A stretch of 64,000 nucleotides of DNA from an uncultured Bacteroidales bacterium (GTDB taxonomy: Bacteria > Bacteroidota > Bacteroidia > Bacteroidales > DTU049): NCBI GenBank assembly GCA_964428185.1, contig CAYRXH010000005.1, positions 10,772 through 74,771 of the forward strand. The letters run 5' to 3'. The position numbers and the translations under genes are program-made. Shown here piece after piece: positions 46,439 to 54,384 of this stretch (position 1 is its first letter; each line of letters begins with the position of its first letter). The notes below the pieces were generated by a model. The model ran no database searches and had not been told where the DNA came from. It saw only the letters and a list, made by a program, of their open reading frames with translations.

Positions 46439-46780
46439 ATGAATATGAACAAAGTTATTTTAAGAGAAAATGTAATATTGGGAGAACTAATAGATGTAAA
46501 ACCTAAAGATAGTACAATTATTTTGCCTAATGAAAAACAAAAGGATAAATATTTTTTTGATGAACATCCAATTCAAGTTAAAGTAAAATATGTTGGTATA
46601 AACAAAGAAACATATTCTTTTTTTGATGGAAAGACTGGCACACCATATAAAATAAAACCAGGTGATATTTTATATCTTGATAGATTTCCTTCCGAAAACG
46701 AATATGTACTTTTGAATAAAAATATATATGTAAAAGTTTTAGTTGGTAATATTTTATGTGTTATTTCTGAAAAAGAATAA
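46439..46780 (+). CDS. Possible GroES/Gp31-like co-chaperonin
   Basis: KVILRENVILGELIDVKPKDSTIILPNEKQ and IKPGDILYLDRF...YVKVLVGNILCVI loosely align with GroES (RPLHDRVIVKR...GGIVL; VKVGDIVIF...ILAIV). Confidence 0.3.
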   Translation: MNMNKVILRENVILGELIDVKPKDSTIILPNEKQKDKYFFDEHPIQVKVKYVGINKETYSFFDGKTGTPYKIKPGDILYLDRFPSENEYVLLNKNIYVKVLVGNILCVISEKE

Positions 46781-46845
46781 AACATTTTACCTATATTGCA
46801 ACCATAATGAAATAAATTTAGTATTAATCAAAAAATAAAGTTAAT

Positions 46846-47280
46846 ATGAAAAATCTTACAAAAGCAGAATTACTACAAAAATTGGTAGTTGAATTATCTA
46901 AAAATAGTTTATATTCAAAATCAATTTTTAAAAAATATGAAAAAATAGGATTAGAGATTCGCAATCTTGACACTAAATTAGTTGATATTGAAAATAAATT
47001 AAAAAAAGAAATTGTAGATGTTAATCCTGAAATGACAGTAGAAAAGATAAATGAATATGTGAAAACAAATAAAATTCCATCAAAACAAAGACCAATTATA
47101 GAAAAGATGATTAGTGAAGTCTATAAAGAAATGCATAATCATACAGTTAATATCCCAAAATTTAATTGGATAGATTTAAGAAAAATGAATGTAGGTATGG
47201 TAGATTTGTTGAAAAGTTATGGATTAGTAGATGAAAGGAAATTTATGTTTTTATTTAAAACTCATAATCGAGTCATATAG
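46846..47280 (+). CDS. Hypothetical protein (144 aa)
   Basis: ORF with a strong terminator directly downstream. Confidence 0.55.
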   Translation: MKNLTKAELLQKLVVELSKNSLYSKSIFKKYEKIGLEIRNLDTKLVDIENKLKKEIVDVNPEMTVEKINEYVKTNKIPSKQRPIIEKMISEVYKEMHNHTVNIPKFNWIDLRKMNVGMVDLLKSYGLVDERKFMFLFKTHNRVI

Positions 47281-47323
47281 AAAATCCTATTGTTCATATC
47301 CTTATTTACATGTCGGATTTTCA

Positions 47324-47352
47324 AGGAGTGTAATTTTACACTCCTTTTTTTA
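47324..47352 (+). terminator. Intrinsic terminator inside the rightward block
   Basis: AGGAGTGTA (47324-47332) / TACACTCCT (47337-47345), a 4-nt loop, then TTTTTTT. Confidence 0.8.
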
Positions 47353-47409
47353 TTCTTATTCTGAAAATAAATTATATTTTTTATTATAATTTAATTTTTT
47401 TTAAAAAAA

Positions 47410-47442
47410 TTTGTTTATACAAAATTATGTTTTATATATTTG
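47410..47442 (+). promoter_or_regulatory. Bacteroidota-type promoter (-33 TTTG, -7 TATATTTG)
   Basis: TTTG at 47410-47413, a 21-nt spacer, TATATTTG at 47435-47442, then the ATG at 47470. Confidence 0.55.
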
Positions 47443-47469
47443 CAAAAAGAACATTATATAACTTGGAAT

Positions 47470-47796
47470 ATGGAATATAAGAAAAATTGGATAGAAGAAG
47501 GTATGGAGGTTGCCCACAAAGATAATCCTCAACAAAAGTTGATTGTTAATAGAATTATAAGACAAAATAAACCAATAAAAGTTCAAGAAAATAATGATTG
47601 GGTTACAGTTACAAAATCATTTGTTATAGCTGTTGAGGTGCATTGGTGGGAGAAAGATTTAGATACAGGTCAAAACAAATTACAAACTGCAAAGTTCCAT
47701 ACAAGATTGCTAATCCCTTGGCAAGTAGCTATGGAGTCTTTTACTAAAGGGGTTCATGTAATCGAAAATTTTATCAAAAGAATAAATAAAATATGA
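47470..47796 (+). CDS. Hypothetical protein (108 aa)
   Basis: The ORF track starts at a TTG (47440) that lies inside the promoter -7 element. The ATG at 47470 (MEYKKNW) is more plausible. Confidence 0.55.
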   Translation: MEYKKNWIEEGMEVAHKDNPQQKLIVNRIIRQNKPIKVQENNDWVTVTKSFVIAVEVHWWEKDLDTGQNKLQTAKFHTRLLIPWQVAMESFTKGVHVIENFIKRINKI

Positions 47797-49559
47797 AAAT
47801 ATCTAAAAAAAACAAAAATAGTTTAAGAAGTGGTGGTAGAGAATATTTCTTTTATCAAAAGAAGTTTCTTGGAATAAATGATCAATTAATGGAGTTAGAT
47901 GGTGCAACAGGTGTAAAACCTGTAGATGGTAAATTTATTGATGCTTCTTATATTGCTAATTTAAATATTATTTTGGAAGGCGAAAATTATAGATATATTG
48001 ATGCAGACAAGACTCCTCTTGAAAATGGAAATAGATTAGTAACAACTTACAATGCTGCGAAAACAGCAACCCCAAATGGTCTTCCTTTGTCAATTGACAA
48101 TCCAATAAATATTTTAGTATCTCCTGGTAAATATCAATTTGATAATACGTTTAGATTAGATACTTCTTATATCAACATTAAATGCTTAACTAATGAAGCT
48201 GAAATTTATTTAGTAGGCTCATCAGGTATTTACATAGAAGATGATATAGTTACTCATTTAAAAGGTGTGGATGCAAGAGGATTAACTATGGCTAATGGAC
48301 AAGAAATTAATTTATTGGTAATGAATCCTAATACAATTATTGAAAATTGTTATGCAAACAGTAATTCTTTTGGATATAGCACTACAGATGCAATAATTTT
48401 AAGCGGAACTTTTAAAAATGTTACTTCAGGAGACAATTCATTTGGTCGTTCAACATCAGGAAGTGTTTATTTGCATGGAAAATATGAAGATATAACTTCT
48501 GGTGATTATTCGTTAGGTTGTAGCGATAGTGGATATGTGGACATAGCTGGGGTAATTAGGAATTTAAACATAGGTTCTTTATGTGTGGGTATTACTGATA
48601 ATGGTCTTGTACGTTTACATTCTTTTATTGAAAATGTAATATGTAGATTTAAATGTTTTGGTGTATCAATGAATGGAAATGTAGAGGTTCATTGTCATGC
48701 AAAAAATGTAATGGTTATTTTAGGTGGAGGATGCTTTGGTAGTTCTATTGGAGGAAATGTGACTTTGCAAAATGTGGTATTGGAAAATATAATTTTAATA
48801 AATGTAAAAGGTGGCGATAGTTCATTTGGATATAGTTCTTCAGGTACTGTAGTTATTAATAATTCAAAGTTTAAAAATTGCAAAACATCAAAACTTAATT
48901 TTTGTAATAGTTTTGGATATTCTGGCTCTAATACAGTAACAATAGAAAATACAATAGTAGAAAATTGTTGGGGAGGAAGTTCATGTTTTGGGGTTGGTGG
49001 ATTAGATGTGTTAATATCTTATACAACAGTCATAGGAACTGAATTTGTATCATGTTGTATATCATCAAATGGAAATGTTTTAAATACTGCAAAATTTAGA
49101 GATTGTAAAATTTTAGAGTTTAGTCCATCAAATAACTTTAATGGAGAACTAGTAAACTGTATATTAGAAGCAGGTTCTTTATCAAGTGGATATATGTATG
49201 GAAGAATTATTAATTGTGTCTTTGAACTGGGTACAGGAATTTTCCCCGATCCTGTTGGAAAATGTCAAGGTGTTACTATTGTTAATCCAGGAACAGGATA
49301 TAATACTGGCGAAATATTAACAGTTGTTGGTGGAACAGGTGTGCCTGCAACATTACATGTAGATATGGCAGTTGGTGGTGCGATATTACAAATATCTATT
49401 ATAAGTGGAGGAGCATATACTGAAAAACCTATTAACCCAGTTCTTACAACAGGATCATCAATTAATGATGCTTTATTTGATTTAAGTAATTGGGAGGAAG
49501 GATGTGTGGTACAATGTGTAAATGGAGACAACACCATTAGTACTAAATATGTAGTCTAA
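47793..49559 (+). CDS. Beta-helix fibre / tailspike-like protein
   Basis: About 22-24-aa periodic repeats with recurring SFGYS/SFGRS/CFGVS/CFGSS motifs across aa 190-400. N-terminal ILVSPGKYQF is a pectate-lyase-like start. C-terminal VTIVNPGTGYNTGE...GGAYTEKP. Confidence 0.5.
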   Translation: MKISKKNKNSLRSGGREYFFYQKKFLGINDQLMELDGATGVKPVDGKFIDASYIANLNIILEGENYRYIDADKTPLENGNRLVTTYNAAKTATPNGLPLSIDNPINILVSPGKYQFDNTFRLDTSYINIKCLTNEAEIYLVGSSGIYIEDDIVTHLKGVDARGLTMANGQEINLLVMNPNTIIENCYANSNSFGYSTTDAIILSGTFKNVTSGDNSFGRSTSGSVYLHGKYEDITSGDYSLGCSDSGYVDIAGVIRNLNIGSLCVGITDNGLVRLHSFIENVICRFKCFGVSMNGNVEVHCHAKNVMVILGGGCFGSSIGGNVTLQNVVLENIILINVKGGDSSFGYSSSGTVVINNSKFKNCKTSKLNFCNSFGYSGSNTVTIENTIVENCWGGSSCFGVGGLDVLISYTTVIGTEFVSCCISSNGNVLNTAKFRDCKILEFSPSNNFNGELVNCILEAGSLSSGYMYGRIINCVFELGTGIFPDPVGKCQGVTIVNPGTGYNTGEILTVVGGTGVPATLHVDMAVGGAILQISIISGGAYTEKPINPVLTTGSSINDALFDLSNWEEGCVVQCVNGDNTISTKYVV

Positions 49560-49560
49560 T

Positions 49561-49598
49561 ATATGTAATAATAAGAAATATATGTAATAATAAGAAAT
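49561..49598. repeat. Perfect 19-bp tandem duplication (ATATGTAATAATAAGAAAT x2)
   Basis: Read directly, immediately after the fibre gene stop. Confidence 0.9.
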
Positions 49599-49647
49599 AA
49601 AGAAAAGGAGATAGCCAAATCATAATATTAATTTTAATTTAAATTAT

Positions 49648-49953
49648 ATGCTTATTCAAACACAATTATCTTTAACATTAGCTGAAATACTTGGAATAAT
49701 TGGATTATTATCAATGATTGTAGGAGTATGGATTGATGCACGTATTAGAATATCATCTTTGGAAATTAAAATGAAAGGTATAATAAGTATATTAGAATCA
49801 CATATCGAATCTAATGATTCAAAGTTTATAGAATATGCAAAAGAAATGCGAGAACAATCTTGTGAAACAAGAAAAGAAATAAAAGAAATTGCAGAAAGAA
49901 TATATGAACTTCATCTGTTAATAGAAAGAAAAATTAATCAAAAGGAGAAATAA
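49648..49953 (+). CDS. Membrane protein with one N-terminal TM segment and a coiled-coil (lysis-cassette component)
   Basis: LAEILGIIGLLSMIVGVWI is followed by a charged helical tail. Confidence 0.5.
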   Translation: MLIQTQLSLTLAEILGIIGLLSMIVGVWIDARIRISSLEIKMKGIISILESHIESNDSKFIEYAKEMREQSCETRKEIKEIAERIYELHLLIERKINQKEK

Positions 49954-49955
49954 AT

Positions 49956-50366
49956 ATGGATGCAATAATTCAACATTTAATTGAGGCTTTTAAGTATATA
50001 ATTGATTCAGTAGATTGGGTATATTTAGTTATTTATATGCTTACTGCATATATTGTATTAAAGGGTTTTGGTTTACAGAATAAAGAGAAAAAAGAAAAAT
50101 TTACTTTACCTGTATGGTTGTTTAAGACAAGATGGATTGTATTAGGTATAGGTGTTTTTTATGCATTATTATTTTCAATATTAAAAATATTTGATTATCT
50201 AACTTGGCATAATCCAGAAGATGTTCCTTATGGATTTATGGTTTTTTTCTCATTTATTCTAGGGCAATTTTTAAATTTGTATGGAATAGAAAAATTAGTA
50301 GATGCAATTATTGCTGGAGTAAATGTATTTTATAAACATATGTTGAATAAATTTAAAACATCATAG
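49956..50366 (+). CDS. Holin-like protein with three TM segments
   Basis: WVYLVIYMLTAYIVLKGFG, WIVLGIGVFYALLFSILKIF and YGFMVFFSFILGQFLNLYG. It is adjacent to a putative cell-wall enzyme. Confidence 0.45.
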   Translation: MDAIIQHLIEAFKYIIDSVDWVYLVIYMLTAYIVLKGFGLQNKEKKEKFTLPVWLFKTRWIVLGIGVFYALLFSILKIFDYLTWHNPEDVPYGFMVFFSFILGQFLNLYGIEKLVDAIIAGVNVFYKHMLNKFKTS

Positions 50367-50373
50367 TATAGTT

Positions 50374-51012
50374 ATGAATCATTTATTGAATGTCACATAT
50401 GAGCAAATAGAAGCAGTTTATAAAAAATTTGGCTTTAAATTTTTTCAATCAGATAAAAAAGATTATGATATTAATATCTGGGGGATCAGGTCTTGTGATT
50501 TAGAAACTGATGTGTATAATGATGTAATAGGTGTTTCATGGAAATACAAAGGAAAAATTAATCATTACACATTTGCTGCAACTACTGATCCTGGATTATT
50601 TTATCTTAAATATCCAATGTCCGTTAATGGTTCAGCATTGATTGTTCATAATAGACAATATAGAGGAGTATATATGGCAGGTAAACATAATCCATGTTTG
50701 CCAACAGAACATGAGGCATTAAGACAAGTAAAACCTATGTTATATTGGAGAGATAATAATAGAAATTCTTATAGAGATATTGAGAAAGGAAAAATATATG
50801 AAGGTATTTATTATACAAATCTTCATTCAAGGTCTCATAATAAGCCAATGTTACAAACAATAGGCAAGACGAGTGCTGGTTGTCAGGTTATTCAAAACCC
50901 CAAAGATTATTTTAATGATTTTATTCGTATTAGAGATATGGCTGTAAAAAATTGGGGACCATTATTTACATACACTTTGTTTTTTGAAAGAGATATAAAA
51001 GATTTATTATGA
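50374..51012 (+). CDS. Putative peptidoglycan-active enzyme with a YkuD-like His...S-x-G-C signature
   Basis: YTNLHSRSH...IGKTSAGCQVIQ recalls the L,D-transpeptidase-fold catalytic H...(S/T)xGC(I/V)R. It is flanked by membrane proteins. Confidence 0.35.
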   Translation: MNHLLNVTYEQIEAVYKKFGFKFFQSDKKDYDINIWGIRSCDLETDVYNDVIGVSWKYKGKINHYTFAATTDPGLFYLKYPMSVNGSALIVHNRQYRGVYMAGKHNPCLPTEHEALRQVKPMLYWRDNNRNSYRDIEKGKIYEGIYYTNLHSRSHNKPMLQTIGKTSAGCQVIQNPKDYFNDFIRIRDMAVKNWGPLFTYTLFFERDIKDLL

Positions 51013-51314
51013 AAAAATATGGCAACATAATAATTATTATTTTATTAACTATTGTTATATTGTTATATTTTTTTGATTATCATAAAAACTCACAAGAGAT
51101 ATTTGGAAAGATTGATAGTTTAACAAATGTAATAGAAATAAAAAAAGAGTTTGAGGATTCATTATTATTGGAATTGCAAAATATAGAAATTATAGATACA
51201 GAAAAAGTAAATAATTATTATGAGATTAAATATGAAAAAGAAGCATCTATTATTCGTGGGAATAATGTTAACTCGGATATTGAGTTTTTCTCAACATGGT
51301 ACTATTCCCGTTGA
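51009..51314 (+). CDS. Type-II membrane protein (N-terminal TM segment), i-spanin-like
   Basis: NIIIIILLTIVILLYFF is followed by a charged periplasmic-type domain. The start overlaps the previous stop (ATGA). Confidence 0.45.
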   Translation: MKKYGNIIIIILLTIVILLYFFDYHKNSQEIFGKIDSLTNVIEIKKEFEDSLLLELQNIEIIDTEKVNNYYEIKYEKEASIIRGNNVNSDIEFFSTWYYSR

Positions 51315-51645
51315 CGATTTAAAACCATTAGATGTTGTTATATCAAGAGAAGATACACTGATATTACTTAGTGATGATATGCTAAAATCTGTAAACTTAT
51401 TGATCATAAAAAGTAAAATTCAGGATGAACATATTGATAGTTTGAATTATCTTATTCAAAAAAAAAATATAGAAATAGATGATTGTATAACATTATCTAT
51501 ATCACAAAAAGAAACAATTAAACTTCAAGAAGAAAGATATGTTCTTATAGAAGATGAATATTACAAAGAACAGAAAAAGACTAAAACATATAAAACAATA
51601 ATGATTGCTGAACTTGCACTAATTATTGTATTATTGTTGTTTTAG
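51232..51645 (+). CDS. Protein with an N-terminal signal-like sequence and a C-terminal TM anchor, overlapping the previous gene in another frame (spanin-like)
   Basis: MKKKHLLFVGIMLTRILSFSQ at the N-terminus and TIMIAELALIIVLLLF at the C-terminus. It overlaps 51009..51314 by 83 nt. There is no lipobox Cys. Confidence 0.4.
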   Translation: MKKKHLLFVGIMLTRILSFSQHGTIPVDDLKPLDVVISREDTLILLSDDMLKSVNLLIIKSKIQDEHIDSLNYLIQKKNIEIDDCITLSISQKETIKLQEERYVLIEDEYYKEQKKTKTYKTIMIAELALIIVLLLF

Positions 51646-51724
51646 AAATATATGATGATGAATAATTATCATATAATATATTTTACAATAATATGATTTA
51701 TGTTTAAATGAAATAAAAAAGCAT

Positions 51725-52318
51725 ATGCTAAGATATAATGAGAATAATTTAGTTGAATTTATTTATCCTGGAGAAACACTACATGCTTCTGTGGAATTGA
51801 TAAATGAATATAAAGATAATACTGAATTATTACAGAAAGTTTTGGTTTATGTGTTTAATGTATATTCTCCTAATAGTATTTATTCTGAATTTACCCCAGA
51901 GCAAAGAAAAGAACGTGTGTGTTTGGATTTGTTTGATAATAAGATTAAAAAAGAATATTTTGAAAGTAAAACGATTAAATCATTTGTTGATTTGTTTGTA
52001 GAGATGTCAATGACAGCAGTTCAAAGAGATCATGAAAGGTGTAAAAGAGATATTGAAGATTTACATGAATATATATCATCCATTCAATTTGTAAAAAAAC
52101 AAAAGATAAAAAGAAAGATCGTATTTAAAGATGAAGAATTAGGTAGGGAATTTGAAAAAGAAATTGATCTTGTAATTGATATAGATAATTCAGAAGAAAA
52201 GATTAAAGCAATATCTGTTAGAGAAAAATTATACAGTATAGATCAAAGATTGAGAAAACTTGTAGAAGCAGAAAAGATAGAAAAAGAATTAAGTGCAAAA
52301 ACAATGTTTGAACAATAA
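51725..52318 (+). CDS. Candidate small terminase subunit
   Basis: The call rests on position only. It is immediately upstream of TerL and its stop overlaps the TerL start. Confidence 0.3.
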   Translation: MLRYNENNLVEFIYPGETLHASVELINEYKDNTELLQKVLVYVFNVYSPNSIYSEFTPEQRKERVCLDLFDNKIKKEYFESKTIKSFVDLFVEMSMTAVQRDHERCKRDIEDLHEYISSIQFVKKQKIKRKIVFKDEELGREFEKEIDLVIDIDNSEEKIKAISVREKLYSIDQRLRKLVEAEKIEKELSAKTMFEQ

Positions 52319-54375
52319 TGATTTTTGTTGATACAAAAAGATTTCAACCTGTTATTTATGGAAATGATCTTCCACATAGGTATGATTTGTTTCATCATAA
52401 TTATTTAGATATTCCAAACACTGAACCAAGATATATAAAGTATATTAAAGATAATAATATTATAGTAGATAGGACGTGGTGGACAAAACAATATGAAAGA
52501 TGTATTAATGGTTTTACTATTCCAAATGTTGTTGTGAAAGGTGGTGATGCTATAAGAGATGGAATTGATGCTATATGGTTTGATGATAGAATATATCTCC
52601 CACAATTAGATTTTACAATAAGCAATAGAGATATATGGATAACTGGACGGATGTACTTTTATCTTAATTTTTGGAATATAAAAAGAGTTGATTTGAAAAC
52701 CAAAAGAAAAATGATAGGACCTCCACGATTTACATCTTTATCATGGAAAAATTGGATAATAAGAGAGTTGTCGGTACAAAATATGAAAGATTTGTTATGG
52801 GTTAAAAGACGACAATGTGGTTTATCAGAAGAAACAGCAGCAGATATTGCATATGATTATTTATTTATAAAGGATTCTCAAAATGCAATAGTTGCTGGTG
52901 AAGAAAAATATTCTGTTAATACTTTTAAAATGGTTAAACGTGGGATTGAGAGATTAATTAATACACAATTTTACAAATGGAGTAGTATAAATAATAACGA
53001 ATTGTTAAAGTCAAAATATTTTGGTTCTGAAATATATTGTAGAACGGCAAAAGATAATGAACAGGTTTTATCTGGTTTATCTCCAACTAAAGTAATTTAT
53101 GAAGAATCTGGTATTTGGAAAAAAGGATTAGTAAGAACAACGGCAGAATTTGTAAATCAATCATTGGAAGCAGAGGGAATTAAAACAGGACAAAATGTTT
53201 TTATATCTACAGCTGGTGATATAAATGATTCTGTATCTGATATAGAGTATATGTGCTATAATCCTGACGAATTTAATTTGATGAAATTTAAAAATATTTA
53301 TGAAAAAGAACAAAGTGCAAGATATGCAGATGTGGCTTGTTTTATCCCTGGATGGGAATTTGAAATTATAGATGAAGATGGTAATACTCTTAGAAAAGAA
53401 AGTGAAGAAAAGTTAATTGTAGATAGAACATCAAAATCTTCTAAAGATAGATTCCGTGCAATTACAATGAAACCTTTTTATTTATCAGAATTATTTAGTA
53501 ATATTACAGGAGGATATTTTGGAGAAGAAATTATATTTAATCTTAATGAAAGAAAATCTCATTTATATACACATAAAGCATTAATAGTTGCACGCTATTA
53601 CAGGTTAGAATGGAATGATCCAAGAGATTGGAGCAAGGGAGTAACAGCAATAGAAGATGAAGAAGGTGAATTTTATATTATGGAACATCCAATGACTGGT
53701 AAAGATGGATTGGTTTATGAAAATTTATATAAGGCTGGTACAGATAGTTATGATAAGGATGAAGCAAATGAGAGTAATTCTAAAGGTTCTTTATATGTAT
53801 TTAAGGGTTTTTTAAATGCAAATCATTCATATAAAAAGTGGTGTGCAAGGCTTACACAAAGACCTAGAATAGACGAAGGAGGTTCATATAAATTTTATGA
53901 AAATACAATAAAATTAGGAATATACTATAATTTTATTAATCTTATTGAATGGTCAAATATTCGTATCTTTGATTTTTATAAAAAGAATGGAATGGAGTAT
54001 ATATTGAAAGAACGTCCAGATATGGTTATATCAAGATATGTATTGAAATCAAATACTACAAATACATATGGTATAGACCCTTCAACAAAACCACATTGGT
54101 TGGCTATATTAAAAGATTATTTATCAGTAAAAGAAAATATTGATAAAATGGATGATATAGAACAAATAGATGCATTTGCACGTTTTAAATATGATCCGAC
54201 TGGGAAAAAGTATAATTGTGATATTACTATAGCCTCTGCATTATCATTAGTTTGTTATGAAGATGAGACAGAATTACAAACAATAGAACAGGAAGATGAG
54301 AAGATACGAGAAATAATTGGAGTTATGGTTTATACAGAAGATCAATATGGAAATATTAGTCAATTATTAAGATAA
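52318..54375 (+). CDS. terL: Terminase large subunit
   Basis: VKRRQCGLSEETAADI is a Walker A variant (RQ.G.S/T). KVIYEESG is Walker B-like. Length 685 aa, located upstream of the portal. Confidence 0.8.
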   Translation: MIFVDTKRFQPVIYGNDLPHRYDLFHHNYLDIPNTEPRYIKYIKDNNIIVDRTWWTKQYERCINGFTIPNVVVKGGDAIRDGIDAIWFDDRIYLPQLDFTISNRDIWITGRMYFYLNFWNIKRVDLKTKRKMIGPPRFTSLSWKNWIIRELSVQNMKDLLWVKRRQCGLSEETAADIAYDYLFIKDSQNAIVAGEEKYSVNTFKMVKRGIERLINTQFYKWSSINNNELLKSKYFGSEIYCRTAKDNEQVLSGLSPTKVIYEESGIWKKGLVRTTAEFVNQSLEAEGIKTGQNVFISTAGDINDSVSDIEYMCYNPDEFNLMKFKNIYEKEQSARYADVACFIPGWEFEIIDEDGNTLRKESEEKLIVDRTSKSSKDRFRAITMKPFYLSELFSNITGGYFGEEIIFNLNERKSHLYTHKALIVARYYRLEWNDPRDWSKGVTAIEDEEGEFYIMEHPMTGKDGLVYENLYKAGTDSYDKDEANESNSKGSLYVFKGFLNANHSYKKWCARLTQRPRIDEGGSYKFYENTIKLGIYYNFINLIEWSNIRIFDFYKKNGMEYILKERPDMVISRYVLKSNTTNTYGIDPSTKPHWLAILKDYLSVKENIDKMDDIEQIDAFARFKYDPTGKKYNCDITIASALSLVCYEDETELQTIEQEDEKIREIIGVMVYTEDQYGNISQLLR

Positions 54376-54384
54376 TCATTAATT

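Noticed and set aside
47440-47469. A TTG start at 47440 for the 47440..47796 ORF
   Set aside because: The TTG is part of the TATATTTG -7 promoter element. The ATG at 47470 downstream of the promoter is the more plausible start.
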